Numbered from the stretch's first letter, positions 39,194-49,953 are shown. The stretch is DNA of 64,000 nt from an uncultured Brachyspira sp. (GCF_934747485.1 NZ_CAKVGN010000005.1:1636-65635); one strand, 5' to 3'. The notes: generated by a model not told the origin, from the letters alone. A program made the numbers and translations.

Positions 39194-40103
39194 TAACAGA
39201 CTTAATATTAATTTTTTAGGTAAAGAATTAAAAACCCCAGTGATAACTTCATCTGGCTGTTTTGGTTTTGGTGAAGAATATAATGATTATTTTGACGTTA
39301 ATGAACTTGGTGCTGTAAACTTAAAGGGTATAACATTAAATAAGAGAGACGGCAACAGTGGGGTTCGCATTGCAGAAACACCAAGCGGCATGATTAATTG
39401 TATAGGCTTAGAAAATCCCGGAATAGAATATTTTAGAGATGAGATTATAAAAAACATAAAATACTCAACACCTATTATTTTAAATATAAATGGAAGCACA
39501 TTAGAAGAGTATGTTAAAGTGGCAGAGATTGCTAATGAGATAGATAGAGTTGATTTTATAGAGCTTAATATATCTTGCCCTAATGTAAAAAATGGAGGCA
39601 TGGCTTTTGGGGCAAGCTGTGAAAGTGCTGAGAAAACTACAAAAGAAGTAAAAAAAGTATTAACGAAAAAGCCTTTAATAGTAAAATTATCTCCGAATGT
39701 TACTGATATTGTGAGTATTGCAAAATCTGTAGAGTATGCTGGTGCGGATAGTGTTTCTTTAGTCAATACTTTTTTAGCTATGAAGATAGATATAAAAACA
39801 AAAAAACCATTATTAGGCAATATTTTTGGAGGGCTTTCAGGTGCTGCTATAATGCCCATTGCTTTGAGAATGGTTTATCAGGTTTACAAGGCTATTAATA
39901 TACCTATAGTTGGAATGGGAGGCATTCAAAAATATGAAGATGCTTTAGAGTTTATAATGGCTGGAGCATCAATAGTTTCTATAGGCTCTGGTATATTTTC
40001 TAATCCAACACTCCCTATAGAAATAATAAAACAAATAAACAATTATCTTGAAGAAAATAATATAAACAATATAAAAGATTTAATAGGAGTAGCACATTTA
40101 TGA
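39186..40103 (+). CDS. pyrD: Dihydroorotate dehydrogenase 1B catalytic subunit
   Basis: ELNISCPN, KLSPN, GGLSG. Confidence 0.95.
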   Translation: MNNNRLNINFLGKELKTPVITSSGCFGFGEEYNDYFDVNELGAVNLKGITLNKRDGNSGVRIAETPSGMINCIGLENPGIEYFRDEIIKNIKYSTPIILNINGSTLEEYVKVAEIANEIDRVDFIELNISCPNVKNGGMAFGASCESAEKTTKEVKKVLTKKPLIVKLSPNVTDIVSIAKSVEYAGADSVSLVNTFLAMKIDIKTKKPLLGNIFGGLSGAAIMPIALRMVYQVYKAINIPIVGMGGIQKYEDALEFIMAGASIVSIGSGIFSNPTLPIEIIKQINNYLEENNINNIKDLIGVAHL

Positions 40104-41455
40104 TGATAGCAGATAACAATCCAAAAGACAGACTTATAGTGGCATTAGATTTTAATTCTATGTCTGAGGCAGTAGCTTTAATAGATGAGCTTGGCGATGA
40201 GGCTGTATTTTATAAAGTGGGGCTTGAATTATTTTTATATACTAAAGGCGAGATAATAGAGTATTTGGCTAATAAAAATAAAAAAGTTTTTTTAGATTTG
40301 AAATTTCATGATATACCAAATACAACAGCTATGGCTTCACTTTTTGCTGCTAAACAGAATGTGTTTATGTTTAATGTGCATACGAGCGGCGGAAAGAAGA
40401 TGATGGAAAAAACTGTTGAGGAGATAAAAAAACTAAACAAAGAAAACTTAATAATAGGTGTAACAGTTTTAACTAGTCTTTCAGAAAATGATGTAAAGAA
40501 TATGTTCACTTCAAATATAGCATTAAAAGATTTGGCTGTTAATTGGGCGAAACTAGGAAAAGAGGCTGGACTTGACGGAGTTGTATGCTCGCCGAGAGAG
40601 GCTGCTATCATCAAAAAAGAATGCGGGGAAAGATTTAGAACAGTGTGTCCGGGAGTGCGTCCTAAATGGGCTAGCGTTGATGACCAAGAAAGGATTATGA
40701 CGCCAAAAGAAGCTATAGAAAACGGATGCGATTATCTTGTAGTTGGACGTCCTATCACAAGAAGCGAAGACAGAGTTAAAGCTTGCAGAATGGTTGTAGA
40801 AGAGATTGCTGAGGGCATGGAAAACAATAAAAAAAGCAAGGCTCAAAAAATTGCTGTTGCTTTGCTTTCATCTCAAGCTGTTAAACTTAATGTTAAAGAG
40901 CCTTTTACTTTTGTATCTGGAATAAAAAGTCCTATATATTGCGATAACAGATATGTAATAGGTTTCCCTGAATATAGAAAAGTGATAGTTGAATCTTTTG
41001 TAAATATATTAAAATTAAAAGATTTTGATATAGTAGCCGGCACTGCAACAGCTGGCATACCTTGGGCATCTTTTATAGCATATGAACTTGATAAACCTAT
41101 GTGTTATATTAGAGCAGAAAAAAAAGAACATGGCAGAGGAAAACAGATAGAAGGTGCAGATTGTAATGGCAAGAGATTAATACTTATAGAAGATTTAATT
41201 TCTACAGGCGGAAGTTCTATAAAAGCATTTGAGGCAGCTAAGGCAGAAGGAGCTATTGGTCTTGAAATTATTTCAATATTTTCTTATGAGTTTGAAAAGG
41301 CTAAGAAGAACTTTGAGGAAGCAAATATAAAATTCTCTTCTCTTTCTAATTTCTCTTCGTTAATGGAAATAGCAAAAGATGAAAAATATATAAGCGAAGA
41401 AGAATTAAAGAAAGCTTTAGAGTGGAATAAAGACCCAGAAAACTGGAATGTTTGA
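40100..41455 (+). CDS. pyrF: Fused OMP decarboxylase-orotate phosphoribosyltransferase (PyrF-PyrE)
   Basis: DLKFHDIPNT, PGVR, VGRPIT, then SGIKSPIYCD and IEDLISTGGS in one ORF. Confidence 0.95.
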   Translation: MMIADNNPKDRLIVALDFNSMSEAVALIDELGDEAVFYKVGLELFLYTKGEIIEYLANKNKKVFLDLKFHDIPNTTAMASLFAAKQNVFMFNVHTSGGKKMMEKTVEEIKKLNKENLIIGVTVLTSLSENDVKNMFTSNIALKDLAVNWAKLGKEAGLDGVVCSPREAAIIKKECGERFRTVCPGVRPKWASVDDQERIMTPKEAIENGCDYLVVGRPITRSEDRVKACRMVVEEIAEGMENNKKSKAQKIAVALLSSQAVKLNVKEPFTFVSGIKSPIYCDNRYVIGFPEYRKVIVESFVNILKLKDFDIVAGTATAGIPWASFIAYELDKPMCYIRAEKKEHGRGKQIEGADCNGKRLILIEDLISTGGSSIKAFEAAKAEGAIGLEIISIFSYEFEKAKKNFEEANIKFSSLSNFSSLMEIAKDEKYISEEELKKALEWNKDPENWNV

Positions 41456-41475
41456 TAATAATTTTATAAAAAACA

Positions 41476-41850
41476 CCGCACGGTAACCGAATTTTAAAGT
41501 ATAAATTTTATTAACAATTTCAATAAAACAAAAAACTAATATCGGCTAACCGTGCGTCAATAAATATTCTAAACTTAATAAATTTTATTTTTTATCAACT
41601 TTTCCCGTGGCTCGCACCCACAGGCACTTCCTTCGGTCGCTGTGCAGACTTCGCCAAAGTTGCAAAAGCACCTATTAGTTTTTTATAAAATTTATACTTA
41701 TATATAAAAATATTTTATTATGTATATAAAATATAGATATTATTTTATATATTCTAAATATACAAAGCTAAAACACTTGCACTTTTTGGTTCTTTTGACG
41801 AAGTCCGCACAGCGAGCTGCGGGAAAAAGAACAACAAAAAAATTGACAAA
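41476..41850. mobile_element. Family A central anchor pair (41476-41556) plus two inverted family B left halves (41593-41668 and 41778-41850)
   Basis: CCGCACGGT-64-ACCGTGCG; M4 module in both halves, with M2 nested in M4 at 41615-41639. Confidence 0.8.
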
Positions 41851-41910
41851 CTTAAAAATTGTTAGTATATACAATTTATAAAGTATATTACAATCCGCTA
41901 TAAATTATTT

Positions 41911-43653
41911 TTAACTTTTATACCAAGAAGGAGGATTACTTTCTATAGGCGAATTTGAAAAAGCATATTTCATATTAACATTTTCTCCTAATTTCCAAGA
42001 TTCTAAATCCTGATTGAAATTAATACAGTTATCAAATAAAAATGATATATATTTAATATTAGACATATTCCATTTATCTAAAGGCTGATTGAAATTTGAA
42101 GCCCATTGAAACATTGAGGTTATAGATTCAGCATTACTCATATTCCAATCATTTAAAGGCTGATTAAAACTTTTTGCATACCTAAACATAGCATCTGCAT
42201 ATTTTAATTTGCTTATATTCCATTTAGAAATATCATGATTAAAAGAATATGCACTTTCAAACATAAAGCTCATAATTTCTACATTACTAACATTCCAATT
42301 ACTTAAATCATTATTAAAAATAATACAATGTGAAAACATAAAATTCATATATTTCACATTAGATACATTCCAATTTTCTATATTATGATTAAAATATACA
42401 GCTCCTTTAAACATATTATGCATATCTTTAACATTTGAAGTATCCCAAGTTTCAATACCGTCAAATTTTTTAACTTTTGAATTTTGAAATAATCCTGACA
42501 TATCAATTATTAAGCTAGTATCTATTTTATCATATTTTACTTTTTCTTTTATTAGTTTTAATAATTCTATTTTATTTTTAGATTTATGTTTTTCACTATT
42601 CCTTAATTCTATTTTTTTAGATTTTTTATATTCTAAAATAATACTCCCTTTATTTTCAATTAGTTCATTTAATTCATCATAATAAGTATTTTCAAGTTTC
42701 TTTATAAAATCTTTAAATTTATTATATTTCAAAACTTCTTTATAAACTTCTTTTATATTGCAGTTTTCAAGCATAGCTAAAAGTTTTTTTCTATTATTTC
42801 CTTTAGATAAAAAATAAATATTTAATATAGATTTAACATTCTTAAAAGAAGAAGCACCAGAAAAAATATCATTGGTAAAGCAAGCCTCATTAATAATCCA
42901 ATTTTCTATAGATTTATTAAAACTTTCAGCACCGCTAAACATATATGACATATAAATTGCACTAAAAACATTCCAGCTTCCAATATCCTGATTAAAACTT
43001 TTTGCATTAAAAAACATATAGTTCATATATAAAACATTAGAAGTATCCCAATTATTTAAAGGCTGATTAAAATTATAAGCATTCTCAAACATACCAATCA
43101 TTTTTTCTGTTTTACTTACATTCCAAGTATTTATATTTTGATTAAAGTTTTTAGCGTTATAAAACATAAAACTCATATCTGTTACATTTGAAGTATCCCA
43201 TTTGTCTAATGGCTGATTAAAAAGTTCACAACCGCAAAACATATATTCCATATTAATGACTTTAGATACATTCCAACCATTCAAAGGCTGATTGAATTTT
43301 TTACAATTATCAAACATTCTAAACATATCCTCAACATTTGAAACATCCCATTTATCTAAAGGCTGATTAAATTTTTTAGCACTCGAAAACATACCTGACA
43401 TATTAGTAACTTTTGAAACATTCCAATTATTTATATTACTATTGAAATTAACAGCATCAAAAAACATATATGACATATTTTCTACATTTGAAACGTCCCA
43501 ACATTCTATGCCTTTAAAATTTTTCCTTGAACTTTCATGAAAAATATTGCTCATATCATTAATTAAACTTGTATCAATATCGCCTAAATATATATTTTCA
43601 TCTTTTACTAATTCTTTTAATTCATCCTTTGTCTGAGGTTTATATTTTTTCAT
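41911..43653 (-). CDS. BspA-like/DUF285 25-aa repeat protein (two repeat blocks)
   Basis: Repeats FNQPL..W.VSNV..M..MF; no signal peptide. Confidence 0.9.
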   Translation of the reverse strand: MKKYKPQTKDELKELVKDENIYLGDIDTSLINDMSNIFHESSRKNFKGIECWDVSNVENMSYMFFDAVNFNSNINNWNVSKVTNMSGMFSSAKKFNQPLDKWDVSNVEDMFRMFDNCKKFNQPLNGWNVSKVINMEYMFCGCELFNQPLDKWDTSNVTDMSFMFYNAKNFNQNINTWNVSKTEKMIGMFENAYNFNQPLNNWDTSNVLYMNYMFFNAKSFNQDIGSWNVFSAIYMSYMFSGAESFNKSIENWIINEACFTNDIFSGASSFKNVKSILNIYFLSKGNNRKKLLAMLENCNIKEVYKEVLKYNKFKDFIKKLENTYYDELNELIENKGSIILEYKKSKKIELRNSEKHKSKNKIELLKLIKEKVKYDKIDTSLIIDMSGLFQNSKVKKFDGIETWDTSNVKDMHNMFKGAVYFNHNIENWNVSNVKYMNFMFSHCIIFNNDLSNWNVSNVEIMSFMFESAYSFNHDISKWNISKLKYADAMFRYAKSFNQPLNDWNMSNAESITSMFQWASNFNQPLDKWNMSNIKYISFLFDNCINFNQDLESWKLGENVNMKYAFSNSPIESNPPSWYKS

Positions 43654-45058
43654 TGTTTAGTCCTTTTTTATATTCCTTTAAAATATTTTCTTTATTTTCA
43701 ATCAATTCCTTTAATTCTTCATAATAAATATTTTCTAATTTCTTTATAAAATCTTTTAATTTATTATATTTCAAAACTTCTTTATACACTTCTTTTATAT
43801 CGCAGTTTTCAAGCATAGAAAGCAATTGTTTTTTATAATTACCTTTAGCAATAAAATAAATTTTCAATATTGATTTTATATCATTATAAGAACTTGAAAA
43901 AATATCTTTAATATAACAAGATTTATTAATAGTCCAATTTTCTATTGACTGATTAAAACTTTCAGCACCGCTAAACATATATGACATACTAATTGCACTA
44001 AAAACATTCCAGTTTCCAATATCTTGATTAAAATTCTTAGCATTAAAAAACATACGGATCATATATAAAACATTAGAAGTATCCCATTTATCAAGCGGTT
44101 GATTAAAATTATAAGCATTTTCAAACATACTATACATTTTAATAACATTACCTACATTCCAAGTATTTATATTTTGATTAAAGTTTTTAGCGTTATAAAA
44201 CATAAATTTCATATTTACTACATTTGAGGTATCCCATTTGTCTAATGGCTGATTAAAACTTTCAGCACCGCAAAACATACTACTCATATTTTTTACGTTT
44301 GAAACATTCCAATTATTGATATCCTGATTAAAGCTTTTAGCTCCCTCAAACATACCAATCATTTTTTCTGTTTTACTTACATTCCAATTATTAAGAGGCT
44401 GATTAAAATTATAAGCCCCTGCAAACATACTCTGCATATTTTCAACATTAGAAGTGTCCCAATTATTTAAAGTTTGATTGAAATTTACAGCTGCAGAAAA
44501 CATACACATCATACTAAGAACATTAGAAGTATTCCATTTGTCCAAAGACTGATTAAAACTTTCAGCTTTAGAAAACATAAACTCCATATCTTTTACATTA
44601 GAAACGTCCCAATTATTTAATGGCTGATTAAAAAGTTTACAACCGCAAAACATACATTTCATATTAATGACTTTAGATACATTCCAATCATTTAAAGGCT
44701 GATTGAATTTTTTACAATTATAAAACATTCTAGACATATCCTCAACATTTGAAACATCCCATTTATCTAAAAGCTGATTAAATTTCTCCGCAAGGCAGAA
44801 CATATTACTCATATTCTTAACTTTGGATACATTCCAATTAGATATATCATGATTAAAGCTTTTAGCACTGAAAAACATAAAACTCATATCTTTAACATTA
44901 GAAGTGTCCCAAGTTTCAATACCGCTGAAATTTCTTAGCATAGAATCTTTAAATAAGCCTGACATATCTGTTATTAGGCTTGTATCTATTTTATTAAATT
45001 TTGTCTTTTTTTCTATCAAATCCATCAATTCATCTTTTGTTTGAGGCTTGTATTTCAT
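43640..45058 (-). CDS. BspA-like/DUF285 25-aa repeat protein
   Basis: Same repeat; shares near-identical blocks and a linker with the downstream paralogue. Confidence 0.9.
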   Translation of the reverse strand: MKYKPQTKDELMDLIEKKTKFNKIDTSLITDMSGLFKDSMLRNFSGIETWDTSNVKDMSFMFFSAKSFNHDISNWNVSKVKNMSNMFCLAEKFNQLLDKWDVSNVEDMSRMFYNCKKFNQPLNDWNVSKVINMKCMFCGCKLFNQPLNNWDVSNVKDMEFMFSKAESFNQSLDKWNTSNVLSMMCMFSAAVNFNQTLNNWDTSNVENMQSMFAGAYNFNQPLNNWNVSKTEKMIGMFEGAKSFNQDINNWNVSNVKNMSSMFCGAESFNQPLDKWDTSNVVNMKFMFYNAKNFNQNINTWNVGNVIKMYSMFENAYNFNQPLDKWDTSNVLYMIRMFFNAKNFNQDIGNWNVFSAISMSYMFSGAESFNQSIENWTINKSCYIKDIFSSSYNDIKSILKIYFIAKGNYKKQLLSMLENCDIKEVYKEVLKYNKLKDFIKKLENIYYEELKELIENKENILKEYKKGLNNEKI

Positions 45059-45207
45059 TATTATGTTTCCTTACTGTTTTTTATGATTCTATATTTTTTT
45101 ATATATTTTTAAATTTTAAAACTATATAACAAATAAATTTTGTATAAAATTTTTAATACAATGATAAAGTTTAATTATTGTATGGTATTTCAATTATAAT
45201 ATTTGTC

Positions 45208-45442
45208 TTTTTGCAACTTTTGCGAAGTCCGCACAGCGAGCTGCGGGAAGAAGAACAATAAAATTTTTTAACATATTCTAATATAAAAAATAATTTATTT
45301 ATATTAAGGTATTTGCAGGGCTTTGCCCTTAACGAAGTACACACCGTGCAGCACCCCAGTTCTTTTGCCGATAGGACCTACTCGGTACGACCGTAGGAAG
45401 TGCCTTCGGTATTGGTATAAAAGAACCAAAAGAACTGCATTT
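45208..45442 (-). mobile_element. Family B left half (M4) and right half (M2+M5 tandem, M4-like insert)
   Basis: CGAAGTCCGCACAGCGAGCTGCGGGAA; GCCGATAGGACCTACTCGGTA-CGACCGTAGGAAGTGCCTTCGGTA. Confidence 0.8.
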
Positions 45443-45507
45443 AATAAAGTATAACTTTTTATGTATATACAAAATATAGATATTATTTTATATATTCAAA
45501 ATTTAAA

Positions 45508-45924
45508 TTACACTCCACACCCTCAAGGCTTTTTATGTTATCTGATGTTTTTGCATAGGTTTTCTTTTTTGCTGTGCGTAGAGTAAAGTTTTAAATTTAA
45601 AAAAATATTGGGCGGGTGCTAAAATTTCTAATTAAACAATAAATATAATTAGAACTCCCATTACAGGAAAAACTGTAAAGAATAAAGGGCGGGGTATGTA
45701 AATAAAGTTTTAAAACTTAAATTACACTTCCCACCCTCAAGTATTTTTGCATTATCTGCTATTTTTTTTATTAATTTTATTTTTTGTTTAATACTCTTAT
45801 TTTTGTGCCCCACCCAAGCGTTTTTTAAATTTAAAATTCACATACCACACGCAAAATAACATTTAAAATAGATAGATTTATAATTTTAATCTTTATTATA
45901 TAGAGAGCTTAGTTAACCGTGCGT
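45508..45924. repeat. Family A element, permuted/tandem copy
   Basis: TTGGGCGGG-69-AGGGCGGG-36-CCCACCCT-71-CCCACCCAAG..CCACACG..ACCGTGCG. Confidence 0.85.
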
Positions 45925-46003
45925 AATATTTTATGCTAATTATTATAGTATTAAATTTTTTTTATATTATAATGATTTCAATAAATTTATATTAGGAAAT
46001 TTT

Positions 46004-46699
46004 ATGTCAGTTGTTAATGATTCTAGTAGGGATTCAAAATATTATTTTGATAAGGCAAATATTTTTTGTCTTGAAGGAAAATATAAAGAAGCCATAGTAT
46101 ATTATAATAAGGCTATAGAGTTAGACCATAATTATAGTGCTGCTTATTATAACAGAGGCAGTGTTAAAGCTGATTTAGGTGAATATGAAGAAGCTATTAA
46201 AGACTATAATAAAGCTATAGAGTTAGACCATAATTATACTTATGCTTATAATAACAGAGGGCTTGCTAAAGATTATTTAGGTGAATATGAAGAAGCTATT
46301 AAAGACTATGATAAAGCTATAGAGTTAGACTCTGATTATAGTGATGCTTATAATAACAGAGGACTTGCTAAATATTATTTAGATCAATATGAAGAAGCTA
46401 TTAAAGATTTTAATAAAGTAATAGAATTAAACCCTAATGATAGTGATGCTTATTATAATAGAGGAAGTGTTAAAGATGTTTTAGGTAAATATGAAGAAGC
46501 TATTAAAGACTATGATAAGGCTATAGAGTTAAACCCTAATAATGGAGCTTTTTATAATAACAGAGGAGTATCTAAAGAAAATTTAGGAGAGTACAATGAA
46601 GCTTTAAAAGATTATAAAAAGGCTTTGGAATTAGACCCTAACTATGATACTGCTAGAGAAAATATAAAAGAGATTCAAGATAAATATGGCTTGAAATAA
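46004..46699 (+). CDS. TPR repeat protein (approx. 6 x 34 aa)
   Basis: AYYNRG..K..LGEYEEAIKDY.KAIEL repeats with 102-nt periodicity. Confidence 0.95.
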   Translation: MSVVNDSSRDSKYYFDKANIFCLEGKYKEAIVYYNKAIELDHNYSAAYYNRGSVKADLGEYEEAIKDYNKAIELDHNYTYAYNNRGLAKDYLGEYEEAIKDYDKAIELDSDYSDAYNNRGLAKYYLDQYEEAIKDFNKVIELNPNDSDAYYNRGSVKDVLGKYEEAIKDYDKAIELNPNNGAFYNNRGVSKENLGEYNEALKDYKKALELDPNYDTARENIKEIQDKYGLK

Positions 46700-46764
46700 A
46701 ATTAAGAATTTCATTGTTGTGTCTATTTTATAACTACATACTTATTTTTTATTATAAAATTTAA

Positions 46765-46967
46765 TTACATTTCCCCACCCTCAAATCTTTCTGTGTTATC
46801 TGCTGTTTTTGCATTATTTTTCTTTTTTGTTTATATTATTATTTTTGTATCCCACCCAAGCATCTTTTAAATTTTTTACCGCTTTACCGCACGGTTTAAA
46901 AATTAAATATAAATAATTTGATGATAATATCATTTAAATAATATATAAAAATCAGTTTAACGTGCGT
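46765..46967. repeat. Family A element, partial copy
   Basis: CCCACCCT-69-CCCACCCAAG-26-CCGCACGGT-63-AACGTGCG. Confidence 0.85.
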
Positions 46968-47061
46968 TGAACATTTTAAAAAAGCTTTTTAAATCTTGAA
47001 TTTATTTATTAATCTTATATCCTTTAAAATAATAAAATTATAATATCGGAGTTTTATAAAA

Positions 47062-47349
47062 ATGAAATTCGCTTATTTAATAATGGATAAGATTTTTGAT
47101 AGCAGCAAAGATAAAGCTTCAATACATAATGGAGTATCTCAAATAATTGGTATATCAAATATAGAAGAAGCTATTGAAACAGCTAAAAACCTTCAAAAAG
47201 AAGGAATTGACTGCATAGAGCTTTGCGGAGGCTTTAGAGAAGAGGGGGCTAAAAAAATAATAGAGGCTACTGAAAACAAAATAGCAGTTGGTTTTGTAGT
47301 GCATCTAAAAGAGCAAGACGATATTTATAAGAAGCTTTTTTCTCATTAA
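47062..47349 (+). CDS. Conserved hypothetical protein (IELCGGF motif, DUF6506-like)
   Basis: GGAG RBS; G.DCIELCGGF motif. Confidence 0.75.
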   Translation: MKFAYLIMDKIFDSSKDKASIHNGVSQIIGISNIEEAIETAKNLQKEGIDCIELCGGFREEGAKKIIEATENKIAVGFVVHLKEQDDIYKKLFSH

Positions 47350-47385
47350 ATTTTCATTTATTAATACTTTTTATACAAACTTATA

Positions 47386-47423
47386 TTGACAATTTCTTTG
47401 TATGTGTTAGAATATACTAACAC
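47386..47423 (+). promoter_or_regulatory. feoAB promoter with overlapping DtxR/MntR-like operator
   Basis: TTGACA-16-TAGAAT; palindrome GTGTTAG-AATATA-CTAACAC at 47404-47423. Confidence 0.65.
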
Positions 47424-47460
47424 TTTATTAGATTATTAAAATTAACTAAAGGAGTTATTT

Positions 47461-49953
47461 ATGAAACTAACAGAATTTGACATAGAAGAAGGTTTTGTTG
47501 TAGATAATGTGGAAACACAGGGCGAGATAAGACAGAGAATTATAGAGATGGGTTTCACTGCTGGTGCTAAAGGCTGGATTGTAAGAAAAGCACCTCTTGG
47601 AGACCCTATTCAAGTTCATATTATGGACTATGAAATATCTTTAAGAAAATCTGAGGCAAATGGAATTGAAGTTTCTAAGGCAGATGTTGAAATTAAGAAA
47701 ATGGCTGACATAAAAACAGGCAAAGTAAAAAAAGAGAAAAAAAACAATACCTGTGATTTATTTTTAGAAGACAAAGAAGAAATCAGTAAAAAATTAAAAG
47801 TTCCTTCAAACAACACAAAATTAAAAGTAGCAATTGCTGGAAACCCTAACTGCGGTAAAACAACAATATTTAATGCTTTAACTGGTGCCAATTATAAGGT
47901 TGCTAACTACCCCGGTGTAACGGTTGAAAAAAGAGAACACTCTATGCTATACAACGGATACACCTATGATTTGATAGACTTACCCGGGGTTTATAGTTTG
48001 AGTGCTTATTCTCAAGATGAGGTTGTGGCTTGCGATGTGCTTCTCAATGAAAAACCTGATTTTATTATAAATGTTATAGACTCTACAAATTTAGAGAGAA
48101 ATCTTTATCTTACTTTACAGTTAGTAGAATTGGGTATACCTATTTTATGCGTGCTTAATATGTATGAGCATGCAGAAAATGAGGGCATAAATATAGATGA
48201 AGCTAAATTAGAAGAATTGTTTAGACTTCCTGTAATGAAAGTTCATGGAAACAAACATGAGAGTGTACTTTTAATATTAGACAAGATAGAAAAAATTTAT
48301 GAATCTGGAAATAAATTGCATAGAGAAGCTGCTTTAGAATATGGTGCTGATGTTGAGGAATCTATAAAAAATATAGTTGATTCTATGCATGGGGATATAT
48401 CAGACATTCATAAGAGATGGCTTGCTATAAAGGCATTAGAGAAAGATGAAAGAGCAATACACTCTGTAAGACGCGAATGTAATAACGGCGGAGAAGTAAT
48501 AGAGACTATAAACAAAGAAATTATAAGATTAGAGACTAAAGAAAACTCAAAAACTGACTCTATTATGGCAGATAAAAGGTATTCATATATTAGAGGTGCT
48601 TTAAAAGAAGTTATAAAAAGAGATGATATACAGGCATTTAATTTTACAGATGCTGCCGATGTAGTATTTTTAAACAAATGGCTTGGCATACCAATATTTT
48701 TAGGGGTATTATGGCTTATATTTAAAGTTACTTTCACACTCGGAGCATATCCTCAAGGCTGGATTGAGATGGGCATTGGTGCATTAGCATCTTTTGTGTC
48801 CAATCTTTTACCTGAAGGAAGCTTATTACAGTCTGTAGTGGTTGATGGTGTGATAGGCGGCGTTGGTGCAGTGCTTTCATTCTTCCCATTAGTATTGATA
48901 TTATTTGTTGGAATATCTTTCCTTGAGGACTGCGGTTATATGGCAAGGGCTGCATTTTTAATGGATAAGGTTATGCATAAGTTTGGGCTTCATGGGCAAT
49001 CATTTATACCTATGTTTTTAGGTTTTGGCTGTACTATACCTGCAACTATGGCTGCAAGAACTTTGAGAAACAAAAAAGACAGAATTGTAACTGTACTTAT
49101 AACTACATTCATGAGCTGCGGTGCGAGAATACCTGTTTATGTATTATTTACAGCAGCTTTCTTCTCTCCAAAAATGGCTCCTACTGTAATGTTTAGCATA
49201 TATATAATTGGTGTAGTAATGGCTTTTATTGTGGCATTTATATTAAGAAAATTATTTTTCAAAGGCGATGAAACTCCTTTTGTTATGGAGCTTCCTCCGT
49301 ATAGAGTGCCTCGTGTAAAAACTGTTTTAAGACATATGTTTGATAGAGGTTGGATGTACATAAAAAAAGCTGGTACTTATGTATTTGCTGCTTCTGTTTT
49401 AATATGGGCATTGATGACTTTCCCTCAGTATAACCCTACAGAAGAAGAATCTGCTGAGTTAATGGATAGAGCAAAAACTGTATTAATATCAGAGAATATA
49501 GATGTGAATGATGAAGAGGCTTTAAATGCTGAATATGATAGGCTTGTAGCTTCTGAAGGTTTAAGACATAGTTTTGCCGGTAAGTTGGGAACATTTGTAG
49601 AGCCTATAATGAAGCCTTTGGGTTTTGACTGGAGAATAAGCATTGCATTAATAGCAGGAGGAGCTGCAAAAGAAGTATTTGTTTCAACAATAGCACAGAT
49701 AAAATCTATAGAAGAAGATGAAGTTACTTTAATAGAGGCATTAAGAAATGACCCTGTATTTAATCCAATAGTAGCTTATGCTCTGTTATTATTTGTATTA
49801 TTATACTTCCCTTGTTTTGCATCAATAGCAGTTATAGGCTCTGAAATAGGGAAGGCTTGGATACCTTTCTTAATTGTTTATACTTTAGCGGTGGCTTGGA
49901 TAGTTAGTTTCGCATTCTACCAAATTGCTGGAAGAATAGCTGGAATTATCTAG
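47461..49953 (+). CDS. feoB: Fused FeoA-FeoB ferrous iron transporter
   Basis: FeoA motif APLGDPI..SLR..EA; GNPNCGKT, NYPGVTVE, DLPG.YSL; membrane domain with MELP.Y. Confidence 0.96.
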   Translation: MKLTEFDIEEGFVVDNVETQGEIRQRIIEMGFTAGAKGWIVRKAPLGDPIQVHIMDYEISLRKSEANGIEVSKADVEIKKMADIKTGKVKKEKKNNTCDLFLEDKEEISKKLKVPSNNTKLKVAIAGNPNCGKTTIFNALTGANYKVANYPGVTVEKREHSMLYNGYTYDLIDLPGVYSLSAYSQDEVVACDVLLNEKPDFIINVIDSTNLERNLYLTLQLVELGIPILCVLNMYEHAENEGINIDEAKLEELFRLPVMKVHGNKHESVLLILDKIEKIYESGNKLHREAALEYGADVEESIKNIVDSMHGDISDIHKRWLAIKALEKDERAIHSVRRECNNGGEVIETINKEIIRLETKENSKTDSIMADKRYSYIRGALKEVIKRDDIQAFNFTDAADVVFLNKWLGIPIFLGVLWLIFKVTFTLGAYPQGWIEMGIGALASFVSNLLPEGSLLQSVVVDGVIGGVGAVLSFFPLVLILFVGISFLEDCGYMARAAFLMDKVMHKFGLHGQSFIPMFLGFGCTIPATMAARTLRNKKDRIVTVLITTFMSCGARIPVYVLFTAAFFSPKMAPTVMFSIYIIGVVMAFIVAFILRKLFFKGDETPFVMELPPYRVPRVKTVLRHMFDRGWMYIKKAGTYVFAASVLIWALMTFPQYNPTEEESAELMDRAKTVLISENIDVNDEEALNAEYDRLVASEGLRHSFAGKLGTFVEPIMKPLGFDWRISIALIAGGAAKEVFVSTIAQIKSIEEDEVTLIEALRNDPVFNPIVAYALLLFVLLYFPCFASIAVIGSEIGKAWIPFLIVYTLAVAWIVSFAFYQIAGRIAGII

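Noticed and set aside
41911..46699. Diversity-generating retroelement acting on BspA/TPR repeats
   Set aside because: No reverse transcriptase and no non-coding template repeat with adenine-specific differences seen.
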